Shown here one piece after another: positions 53,853 to 64,000 of a DNA stretch of 64,000 nt. Where the stretch lies: contig NC_043016.1 in the NCBI RefSeq assembly GCF_006345805.1, forward strand, positions 30,690,001 to 30,754,000, given 5' to 3'. The notes beneath the pieces are model-generated. The model saw nothing but the letters and a program-made list of their open reading frames with translations. It searched no databases and had not been told where the DNA came from. The stretch is from Octopus sinensis (Eukaryota). The translations under genes and the position numbers were made by a program. Position 1 is the first letter of the stretch. Every line of letters starts with the position of its first letter.

Positions 53853-55620
53853 ATGCAGTTCAGCTTTGCGCCAGGCAGAAGCACCACTGATGCTGTATTT
53901 CTGGTAAGGCAACTGCAAGAGAAATACCTAGCCAAAGATAAACTTTCGTACTTGGCTTTTGTTGACTTAGAGAAAGCCTTTGACAGGGTCCCCTGATCCC
54001 TTATCTGGTGGTCAATGTGGAAACTGAAAATAGAGGTGTGGCTGGTAAGAGCTGTACAAGCTCTGTACAGGGACACTGTCAGTAAGGTGAGGGTTGGCAA
54101 TGAGTATAGTGAAGAATTCTGAGTAGAAGTAGGGGTTCCTCAGCCCCCTCTTATTCATTATAGCCCTCCAGGCAATAACAGAGGAATTAAAGATAGGCTG
54201 TCCCTGGAAGATCCTCTATACTGATGACCTTGCTCTAATAGCCGAGTCACTGCCAGAACTGGATATAAAGTCTAGGGTGTGGAAGCAAGGTCTAGAATCA
54301 AAGGGCCTTAGGGTTAACCTAGCCAAAACCAAAGTCTTAGTAAGTAGGAAGGCTGTCAAATCACAACCCCCTTCAGGTAGATGTCTCTGCTCTATTTGTA
54401 GAAAAGGCGTGGGTAGAAACTCCATACGATGTACACAGTGTAAGCTATGGACCATAAAAGGTGCAGCAATATCAAAGGAAGGTTAACTGGGAAAATAATT
54501 TTTGTGTGTGGCAGATGCACTGGGGCAATAAACACTGAAGATGTACAGAAAATAGATTCTATTACATGCCAGGGGAAGAAACTAGAAGTAGTTAATAGCT
54601 TCTGCTACCTAGGCGACCAAGTCTGTAGTGGGGATGGTTGGTCTGAGAGTGTAGCAACTAGAGTAAGAATAGATTGGGCAAAGATCGGGGAGCCCCTACC
54701 TCTGCTGGAAACTAAGGGCCTCTCACTCAGGGTGAAAAGTAGGCTGTATGATGCACATTTGTGAACTGCCATGTTATACGGCAGTGAAACATGGGCCATG
54801 AATACTGAGGACATGCATAGGGTTGAAAGAAGTGAAGCTAGTATGATCTGCTGGATGTGTAATGTCAGTGTGCATACACAACAGAGTGTAAGCACCCTGA
54901 GAGATAAGTTGGGCATTAGAAGCATCAAATGTGGTGTGCAAGAGAGACAACTGTGCTGGTATGGTCATGTGTTGTGTATGAATAAAGACAGCTGTATGAG
55001 GAAGTGCCACTCCCTAACTGTAGAAGGAACTTGTAGAAGTGGTAGACCCAGGAAGACATGGAATGAGGTGATGAAGCATGACCTTCGAACTGTGGGCCTC
55101 AGACAATGACAGGAGACCAGGACCTTTGGAGATATGTTGTGATTGAGGAGACCTAGCAACTAAAGTGAGATTGCAGCCATGCACATCCAGCCCTGTTAAG
55201 AATATTCCTCATGTGTCAGATGATATGATATGCTTGAGAAGACCTGTTCAGTCAAGTGAAACCAATATCATAGCTGGGACCAGTGCCCCCTGGCTGGCTC
55301 CCATGCTCATGGCACATAAAAAGAACCATCAAAATGTGGTTAATGCCAGATCTACCTGACTGGCCCCGGTGCTGGTGACACATAAATAGAACCAACCAAT
55401 CATGCCGACACCAGTACCCCCTAACTGGTCCCTGTGCCGGTGGCACATAAAAAGTACTGACTACATTCTTGGAGTGGTTGGTGTTAGGAAGGGCATCCAG
55501 CTGTAGACACTCTGCCACACCAGATTGGAGCCTAGTGCAGCCGCTAGCTCTCCAGACCTCAGTCAAACTGTCTAAGCCATGCCAACATGGAAAATGGATG
55601 TTAATCAATGATGTTGATGA
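53853..55620 (+). mobile_element. 5'-truncated RTE-clade LINE (RT pseudogene with a Cys-rich PHD-like insertion)
   Basis: QFSFAPGRSTTDAVFLVRQLQEK..AFVDLEKAFDRVP; ILYTDDL (YADD); CSICRKGVGRNSIRCTQCKLW..HKRCS; FCYLG; MLYGSETW; WYGHV; GRPRKTW. Ends in the family D 3' UTR with a GAT-type tail. Confidence 0.9.
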
Positions 55621-56008
55621 CATATATATGTATGTATGTATGTATGTATATATGTATGTATATATGTATGTGTGTATATATATATGTATGTATATATATA
55701 TGAGTATATATATATATGTGTGTATATATATATATATGTATATGAGTGTATATATATATACATGTGTATGTATATACATATATATATATATGTGTGTGTG
55801 TGTGTGTAAGTATATATTTGTGCGAGTGTGTGTCTCTTTGTGTGTTGTCGTCCCTCCCACCGCCCCCGGCCATTGCTTGACAACAGAACCTGGTAGAGTT
55901 CTCTGGGTTGCCAGCTCCTGTCAAACAGTCCAACCCATGGCAGCATGGAAGACAGACGTTAAATGAGGATGATGATGATGATATATATATATATATATAT
56001 ATGTGTAT

Positions 56009-56252
56009 ACTCTTTTTACTCTTTTACTTGTTTCAGTCATTTGACTGTGGCCATGCTGGAGCACCGCCTTGAGTCGAGCAAATTGACCCCAGGACTTATT
56101 TTTTGTAAGCCTAATACGTATTCTATCGAATCCTTTTGCCAAACTGCTAAGTTACGGGGACGTAAACACACCAGCATTGGTTGTCAAGCGATGTTGGGGG
56201 AGACAAACACAGACACACAAACATATGCACACACACACATACATATATAATA

Positions 56253-56293
<41 letters not shown>

Positions 56294-56417
56294 TTGACGG
56301 GCTTCTTTCAGTTTCCGTCTACCAAATCCACTCACAAGGCTTTGGGTCGGCCCGAGGCTATAGTAGAAGACACTTGCCCGAGGTGCCATGCAGTGGGACT
56401 GAACCTGGAACAATGTG
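56009..56417 (-). mobile_element. SINE family A (head truncated at the fold-back element)
   Basis: Near-consensus body and tail. Confidence 0.85.
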
Positions 56418-56721
56418 AGATGGTACAAAGTAAGCTACAAATTGAAAAGAAAACTGAACAAAGTTGCAGTTTGCCATGTATTTCTATATTCCGAGGTGAA
56501 GACCCCTGCTTCTGGACATGCGGAATAGCAGTGGTTGGAAAAAATTTGTTACTCAGAAGTGTGTGTACTTCTGAGCAACAAACTTTTTCCAACCATTACT
56601 TTTCCAAATGTCCTGAAAGAAAGGGTCTTCATCCCAAAATATAGAAATACAAGGCAAAACCTCAACTTTGTTCTGTTTTCTTTTCAATTTGTACTTTACT
56701 TTGTACCCTCTCACATTGTTC
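56408..56721. repeat. About 315-bp imperfect palindrome with degenerate HHR cores in both arms
   Basis: The arms pair throughout around the loop GTGTGT (56561-56566). The right arm reads CTGAAAGAAAGGG-TCTTCAT-CCCAAAAT and the left arm (minus) reads CAGAAGCAGGGG-TCTTCA-CCTCGGAAT. Confidence 0.75.
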
Positions 56722-56741
56722 TGGTTTTATACAACTATATT

Positions 56742-57015
56742 CATCATCATCATCGTCGTCGTCGTTTAGCGTCCACTTTCCATGCTGGTATGGGTTGGAC
56801 GGTTTGACTGAGGACTGGCAAGCCAGAAGGCTGTACGAGGCTCCTATCTGATCTGGCAATGTTTCTACAGCTGGATGCTCTTCCTAACACTAATTAATAC
56901 AAAAGTGTAGTGGGTGCTTTTTAACGTGCCACTGGCATGAGGGCCAGTCTGGCAGTACTGGCATCAAGTATGCTTGAATGGTGCTTTTTACGTGCCACCG
57001 ACACGGGAGCCAGTC
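56742..57015 (-). mobile_element. Family D (RTE 3' end)
   Basis: (CAT)n tail and body match; a further copy lies at about 62990-63205 (+). Confidence 0.75.
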
Positions 57016-57534
57016 CCTCCTCTCTCTCCAGTGCCACCCCTTCTCTCTCTAAAATTACCATCCTCTCTAATTAAAATAATAATATAGAAACCTTCATTCT
57101 TTGAATAAATTTCTCCCCTGATAAGGATGTCCACAACTTGGTTTTTAATTTCTCAGTTGTAGACATTCCCGACTTCTATCATTTAAGAAATATTCGAATG
57201 TCATAAAATCTCCTGTACCTTCTCCCAATATATCTGAGGCTTGTGCATATGTAAGAAATCAATAACTATCTGTCTTAACTGATTTCATACAGTCATCTGT
57301 ATTATTGTTTACTGTAGCTGCTATTTAGAAATGAGAAAGCTGATAGGAACAAACAGCTCTGTGATTTTTCTATAGAAATCATTTGAGAAAAAAAAAAAAA
57401 TGTTTGTGTTTCTATTCAGTTCATTACAATCTAGTTTTCTTAGAATCTAAAGCAACCTTGCATGTCTTTCTCATGAAAAAGTGTGTTGTTGATGCTTATG
57501 TTTTTTTACTACTTTCTTTATAATTAGCTTCCTT

Positions 57535-57591
<57 letters not shown>

Positions 57592-58400
57592 CTTATATAT
57601 ATAAACAATTATCTGATTTTACATGTGATATATGGCAATCATTAATTAGTACAAAAGATTCTAAAATAGTGAAAGACCATTGTGATTCTTCAGCAATGGA
57701 TGATTACGGTTAAATGAAATGTTACCTTTAGTAACCAAGAAATCAATTCCAGGAAACGTAAGATATTGAAATATGATAGGGTTTTTTGTTGTTGTTGTTG
57801 TTTTTGTTTTTTAATGAATTAATTTTTGTTTTCTAAATTTCCTGAACTTTAAACCAAAGAGATACAATCATTAGGAATAGACAGAACCTTCATAAAAAAA
57901 AAAAGAGAAAAGAACAAGAAATTTCTTAATAGAATTATTCTGAAAGTAGAATCAACATCTACTTGATAGAGAAAATGTTATGTAACAACGCAGGTATTGT
58001 TGTTGTACAGTCACAGTGCAATCTTGATTGAGTTAACCTATGAGTAAAGGCTTTCCAGCAGTGACTCACACCTTTCTTCTCAGGGAATGCAAGACCACAT
58101 TAACCGGTGCGTCATTTTGTAGCTCATAGAACATGATTTGAGAGAGTTTGGCTGCTATTTCTAATTGGTTGAGCAACAGCATAGAAGCTTTCTCACTGGA
58201 GCACCAAAGCAGTAAAAGACAAAATATGATATATGAACCATTAAAGGAAGTTCTTTCATAGTTACTTTGAGATTGCACTTAGAAAGTTCCCTTCCAGGTA
58301 CAAGTCACCTTAAATGTGAAGGCACATGGCTTAATGGTTAGAGTGTCAGTTAGAGTGTCTAAGATATTGTGTAATGAAATCAGTTCATTAATTTTGAATA

Positions 58401-58444
<44 letters not shown>

Positions 58445-58990
58445 TTTGTGTCTGTGTTTGTCCACCCACCATCACTTGACAACTAATGTTGCTGTGTTTA
58501 CGTCTCCGTAACATAGTGGTTCAGCAAAAGAGACTGATGGAATAAGTACTAAGCTTACAAAGATTAAATCCTGAGATTGATTTGCTCGACTAAAGACGGT
58601 GTTCCAGCATGGCTGCAGTCAAATGACTGAAACAAATAAAAGACTAGTATGATAATGAGAGTGAAATGATAGTGAAGATGTGTTAAGATATGCCCTGAGG
58701 GGATTCCGGGAGAGGTGATATAGAGGCTTGGGCTGTATATCATGTGATACCTCAAAGTTCCCAGCTGTGAGATACTAAAAGCTGGAATTTAAAATGTACC
58801 TGATGACTCTCTGAATTCATAGGATATCCCCTTGCATAGTATGCAATTCATTTGGTGAAACTGTTAAGTAGCATATTATATCTATCTTCAACTGTATTTA
58901 TACAATTACAATTATGTTTATCTCCAACTGAAGCTACTCTCTAAAAAATTAAAACCATGTTTGTAAGTTCTTTTTTTCTCGCTTTTTCAG

Positions 58991-59088
58991 GTGAAGCATG
59001 CTGCTGCTTTAAAACTTATTCACACTGAACAACTGCAGAAATTGCAATCAAAACATCAACAAGAAGTCGAACTTCTGGAAGATATACG
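58991..59088 (+). CDS. FCHSD2: Internal coding exon (98 nt) of F-BAR and double SH3 domain protein (FCHSD2 / Nervous wreck), start of the F-BAR domain
   Basis: Polypyrimidine tract and acceptor TTTTTCAG|GTG; translation VKHAAALKLIHTEQLQKLQSKHQQEVELLEDI(R); donor CG|GTATGT. It closely resembles the recalled FCHSD2/Nwk N-terminus (VKVTQELKNIQVEQMTKLQAKHQAECDLLEDMR / LKNLHTEQVAKLQ). Missed by the ORF track. Confidence 0.88.
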
Positions 59089-59694
59089 GTATGTCTGTCA
59101 CTTGTTGGTTATTCAGTTGTTAAAATAAGTGCAAGTTATTATATCATTTCTCCAAGAGTGTCAAACTCTGTTTTGTAGGTCAAATTGAACCATAAAGCCA
59201 GTTTCATGGGTTAGGCTCAAGCAAATGAACAAAGGAGTCAATATGCATTACAACTTTATTAACAATAAAGACTTGACAGATTGTGAATTGTTAACAAAGT
59301 GTACTTGTAGAGATGTGTGGGAAAGACTGATCTGCAGTGAATATACAAATCCATTTGTCATTTTATGTCTATTGAAATGCTTAACATTTGCTACAATATA
59401 TTTTGAAAATAATGAAGAATATAGTAAATTAATCTGATATTTAAGACAGCAAACTTCCAAAATGATTAATGTGCCAGACAAAATTCTTAGTCACATTTCA
59501 TCTATCTTTATGTTCTGGGTTCAAATTCTACCAAGGTTATCTTTGCCCTTTGTCCTTTCAGGATTGATAAAATAAGCACCTGTCTGTACTAGGATGGGTG
59601 TAATCAACTAACCCACTTCCCCAAAATTTCAGGTATTGTTCTTATAGTAGAAAAGTCACTGAGAATAAGCGTTGTCTCCAAGATGAAAGGCTCT

Positions 59695-60419
59695 TAACCC
59701 TTTTTATACCAACCAATCAGGACTGCTTTATGATATAAACTTCCTGTTCCAAAATTATCAAAGCTTAAAACCTTCCATTAAAATTCCATATTTATGTTCC
59801 AAACATTAGCTTAATAATTACAAAGTTGTTTTATTAAATCCTCCATTATTTTCAAAATTAACTGGAACAAAGACTGTAACATCAGAAGATATTATCTTAG
59901 TCACATGATACAGTTTTCAGATCTTTCCATCTTGTTTGTCTTCACCCTTCTGACCATCTCTGGGATTATGCTACAAACTTCCTGTTTTAAGTGATCTAAA
60001 TTAAAACCTCCCACTGAAATTCCATATTAATGTTCCAAACACTAGCTTAATAGTTATAAATATATTTTACTAAATTCTTCATAATTTTCAAAATCAAATG
60101 AAAATGAAAGCAGCATGTTTCAACTGAAATATCCTAGTCATATGATGTAGCTTCCAGACCTTTCCATTATGTCTGTCTTCATTATTCTGATACCAACCTA
60201 CCTGAGACTCTCCCTGGTTCTATGATGCAAATTACCAGTTTTGAAGAAATCTAAATCAAGACCTTTGTTTATACCAATTTTGGAAATTTCACCTTGATTT
60301 ATGTTCCAAACACTAGCTAAATAATGACAAAGTTATTTTACTAAATTTATCATTATTTTCAAAATTAATTGAAATAAAGGTAGTACCTTTCAACAGAAAT
60401 ATGATAATAAAAGGATTAA
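59695..60419. repeat. TTAA-ended MITE-like element with three diverged tandem approximately 200-240-bp units
   Basis: Ends TTAACCCTTT / AAAGGATTAA. The block ATGTTCCAAACA(C/T)TAGCT..TTTTCAAAAT occurs at about 59794, 60030 and 60301. Confidence 0.6.
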
Positions 60420-61349
60420 TTACCAAAGGAGATCACAGTGGTGGATTATAGTGGCAGGGCATAAATTTTTGTTGCTATGTGTGGTAAGAGGAAAGGAGCA
60501 ACTGTGCTGTCTGGGAACAAGGTTCTCTCCATGATATAGGTTATGACATTTAGCTACCAAAGGAATTTATTGTGATAGATTCATGATGGGTGAGTCTGAC
60601 TTGTCAAAATGAGTGGAGAAGTGGGGGGGGGGGGCAGGAATGTACGACTGTATAAAATCTAATATGCCATTCATCTGCAGATAAACTGGTAATCCAGATA
60701 GTCTGGAATGTGTTGTATACAGTGTGCTACAGCTATTAATAAACAAACATTATTAGTGAAAATTATCAGTAAATAAGTCACAATATATATCATTTCCTAT
60801 TTGTGTATATGTGGATGTGAGAGAGAAAGTATGTGGTGTGTGTGTGTGTACACATAGTACAGTCTATTATTTTGTCTCACCTCTGCAATATAGTCATTGT
60901 CAGGATTTTACTGGTTGGCATAGGTACGGCTACGGGGTTAAGAAGCTTGCTTCCCATCCATGTGGTTTTGGGTTCTGATCCACTCTGCAGTACCTTGGGC
61001 AAGTGTCTTCTATTTTAGTCCCAGGCTGATCAAAGCCTTGTGACTGGATTTGGTAGACAAAAACTAAAAGAGTTTGTCACATATAAGTATGTATGTATGT
61101 ATGTGTGTATGTATGTATGTATGTTTGTGTGTGTGTGTGTGCGTGTGTGTGTGTGTTGTGTGAATGAATGAATGAATGCATGTATGCATGGGACCAGGAT
61201 ATCTGACACCTTACTGTACTCAAGAAGACCCATCCACCACAGCAGAATTGATATCTTAAAGCCATCTCCATAATGCTTGTCCATGAGGGGCCTTGCCCAA
61301 ACCCCACCTCCATCCTCTTTCCACTCCCCTACTTCCTGTTAACCATTTC

Positions 61350-62349
61350 CCTTGAGGAAAACTACAACTAGTTGACAGCTTCCATTACCTAGGTGACCAA
61401 GTCCGTAGTGGCAGTGGATGCTCAGAGAGTATAGCTGCTAGAATAAGAATTGCCTGGGCAAAGTCCAGAGAGCTCCTATATCTGCTGGTGACAAAGGGCC
61501 TCTCGCTCAGAGTGAAAAGTAGACTGTATGGTGCATGTGTGCAAACAGCCATGCTACACAGCAGTGAAGAACATGCAAAGGCTTCAAAGAAATGAAGCTA
61601 CTATGGTCTGCTGGATGTGTAATGTCAGTGTGCATACACAACAGAGTGTAAGCACCCTGAGAGAAAGTTGAACATAAGAAGCATCAGATGTGGTGTGTAA
61701 GAGAGACAACTGCACTGGTATGGTCATGTGTTGCATATGGATGAGGAAAGTTGTGTGAAAAAGTGTTACATCTTAACAGTGGAGGGAACCTGTGGAAGAT
61801 GGAGACCCAGGAAGACATGGGATGAAGTGCTGAAGCATGACCTTTGAACATTGGGCCTCGCAGATGCAATGACAAGTGACCAAGATCTTTGGAGATATGC
61901 TGTGCTTGAGAAGACCTGTTGAGTAAAGTGAAGCCTATTTAAAAGTACCTTTCAATTGTCAAGCAATATGGTGTGCTTGAAAAGACTTGTTGAGGCAAGT
62001 GAAATCGTTGGTGTGACCAATGCCAGTGCTGCCTGACTGGCACATAAAAAGCACCATTCCAGTGTAGTCGATGCTAGAGCTGCCTAACTGGCTCCTTTGC
62101 CAGTGGCATGCAAAAAGAACCATTCGAGTGTGGTCAGTGCCAATGTCGCCTGACAGGCTCCCATGCTGGTGGCACGTAAAAAGCATCCACAACACTCTTG
62201 GAGTAGTTGACGTTAGGAGGGGCATCCAGCTGTAGAAACCTTGCTAGAACAGATTGGAGCCTAGTGCAGCCTCCTGGCTTGCCAGTCCTCAGTCAAACCG
62301 TCCAGCCCATGCCCAGCATGGAAAGTGGATGTTAGGCGATGATGATGAT
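61350..62349 (+). mobile_element. Second RTE LINE 3' fragment
   Basis: Nucleotide match to 54580-55620 (YLGDQV..RIAWAK..WYGHV). Confidence 0.85.
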
Positions 62350-63493
62350 TTCATCCTCTGACACCCACCACTTCTCTATCACCTGAGAGCAAAATAGGCA
62401 CATACTACATTTCCCTGCTTTCTCAGTTATTTTTCTTCTTCCACCCCAATCCACTTTCATTTCCCATTATCCTCCCCCACCTACTGTCTTCACCAATTAC
62501 ATCCTTTCACTTCTCACTTCTGTTCCTGTCGTTCCCCATCATTATCTCTTCAATTATCTGCTATCACCTCAATGCTCCCACATACCTACCACAACCCCTG
62601 GCCTTGAGTATCTCTTATATTTATCTCCATCATTTACTACAGTCACCTCTATCCTGCCCACTCACCCAGTCCAAACCTCTGTATCACCCCACTTATTCTC
62701 ACTACCCCAAATGTCCCTTGAGGGCATGACCTGACACATCATCACCATCATCTCTTTCTCTCTCCCCCTCTCTCTCTCTCTTTCTTGCTCTCTTTATCTT
62801 ACTCTCTCACTCACTCTTCATTCTTGTCCAACTGGGGTATCCATGTATCTAATCTACAGCAAGACACCTGTCTCTGTCCCTATATACCTTTAATCTCTCA
62901 ACTGACACAAAGCCTTCACCACTCAATATTATTCTCCACTCCCAGTTGAGGATTTTTGTCTTACAAGGTATTTGGTTACCCAAACAGTGATGTGGCACCA
63001 TAAAAAGCACCTCAGTTGGTGCTGGTGTCTTGTAAAAAGTACCCAGTACGCTCAGTAAAGTGGTTGGCATTAGGATGAGCATCCAGCTGTAGAAACCATA
63101 TAAAACAGACAATGGAAATTGGTGTGGCTCTTGGCCTTGCCAGCTCCTGCCAAACCATCCAACCCATGCTAGCATGGAAAAAACTAACATTAAATGATGA
63201 TGAGGCTGATGGTGGTAGTGGTGGTGGTGATTGTGTGTGTATGTGTATGTTTGCAAATCTGTTTGCCCCAATCACCACTTGACAACCAGTGTTGGTATGT
63301 TTACATCCCCATAACTTAGCAGTTTAGTACTTCAGCACAAGAGACCAATAGAATGAGTACCGGACTTCAAAATTGTACTGAGGTCAATTTGTTCGACACA
63401 ACCCTCCAAGGAGGTGCCCCAGCATGACCACATTCCAAAGTAAAAAACAAAGATATAGGTGCAAGTGTTGTTGTGTGGTAAGAAGTTTCCAAG

Positions 63494-63707
63494 GTGGTGA
63501 GCTGGTAGAAATGTTAGCACACTGGGCAAAATGCTTAGTGGTATTTCGTCTGCTGTTACGTTCTGAGTTCAAATTCCGCCAAGGTCGACTTTGCCTTTCA
63601 TCCTTTCGGGATTGATAAATTAAGTACCAGTTATGTAATCGACTTAATCCCTTTGTCTGTCCTTGTTTGTCCCCTCTGTGTGTAGCCCCTTGTGGGAAAT
63701 AAAGAAA
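63494..63707 (+). mobile_element. SINE family B nested in a SINE A head
   Basis: TSD TAAGAAG(T/C)TTCCAAG at 63479-63493 and 63708-63722. Confidence 0.8.
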
Positions 63708-63848
63708 TAAGAAGCTTCCAAGTTCAGTCCCACTGCATAGTACTTTGGGCAAGTATCTCATATTATAGTCTTGAGCCAACCAAAGCCTTGGGAGTGGATA
63801 TGGTTGACAGAAACTGAAAAGAAGCTATTGTATATATATATATATAAA

Positions 63849-64000
63849 TAATTTATTATATAGAAGGAGCTTCTACAGGACTAGAACTGTTTCATTCAAG
63901 AGAAATCTTCAGGAAGCTAGTTCAAGCACTAGCTTCCTGAAGATTTCTCTTGAATGAAACAGTTCTAGTCCTGTAGAAGCTCCTTCTATATAATAAATTA
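63849..64000. repeat. Perfect palindrome: arms of at least 73 bp (63849-63921 / 63928-64000) with a 6-nt loop
   Basis: Base-by-base reverse complement; it runs off the window end. Confidence 0.95.
63931..63981 (+). ncRNA. Type I hammerhead ribozyme (mirror copy on the minus strand at 63868-63918)
   Basis: Stem I AGCTTC/GAAGCT; core CTGAAGA; stem II TTC[TCTT]GAA with a T.T mismatch at 10.1/11.1; GAAA; stem III ACAG[TTCTAGTC]CTGT; GUA triplet with predicted cleavage after 63975. Confidence 0.75.

Overview
AT-rich, microsatellite- and transposon-dense eukaryotic DNA. The SINE and microsatellite landscape strongly suggests a coleoid cephalopod (Octopus); this is an inference from recalled repeat families. 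Two host-gene pieces are recognisable and face away from each other: the large 5' coding exon of a TOGARAM1/crescerin orthologue (5809-7269, minus; two TOG domains) and a 98-nt internal exon of an FCHSD2/Nervous-wreck orthologue (58991-59088, plus), whose short first coding exon I could not find. The rest is mostly repeats: at least three tRNA-derived SINE families, RTE, CR1, R4/Dong-like and CRE-like LINE remnants, an ORF1-only retroelement, mariner/Tc1 and hAT remnants, Helitrons, MITEs, long microsatellites and a 100-N gap. The most interesting signal is a set of fold-back elements carrying hammerhead ribozyme (HHR) cores that read outward from the centre (27063-27549, 56408-56721, 63849-64000). 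One of them fuses a tRNA-like Pol III head to an HHR-bearing 3' module between 13-bp target-site duplications, making it a candidate Penelope-mobilised ribozyme SINE. Everything was read by eye; no searches or folding programs were run, and boundaries of degraded repeats are approximate.
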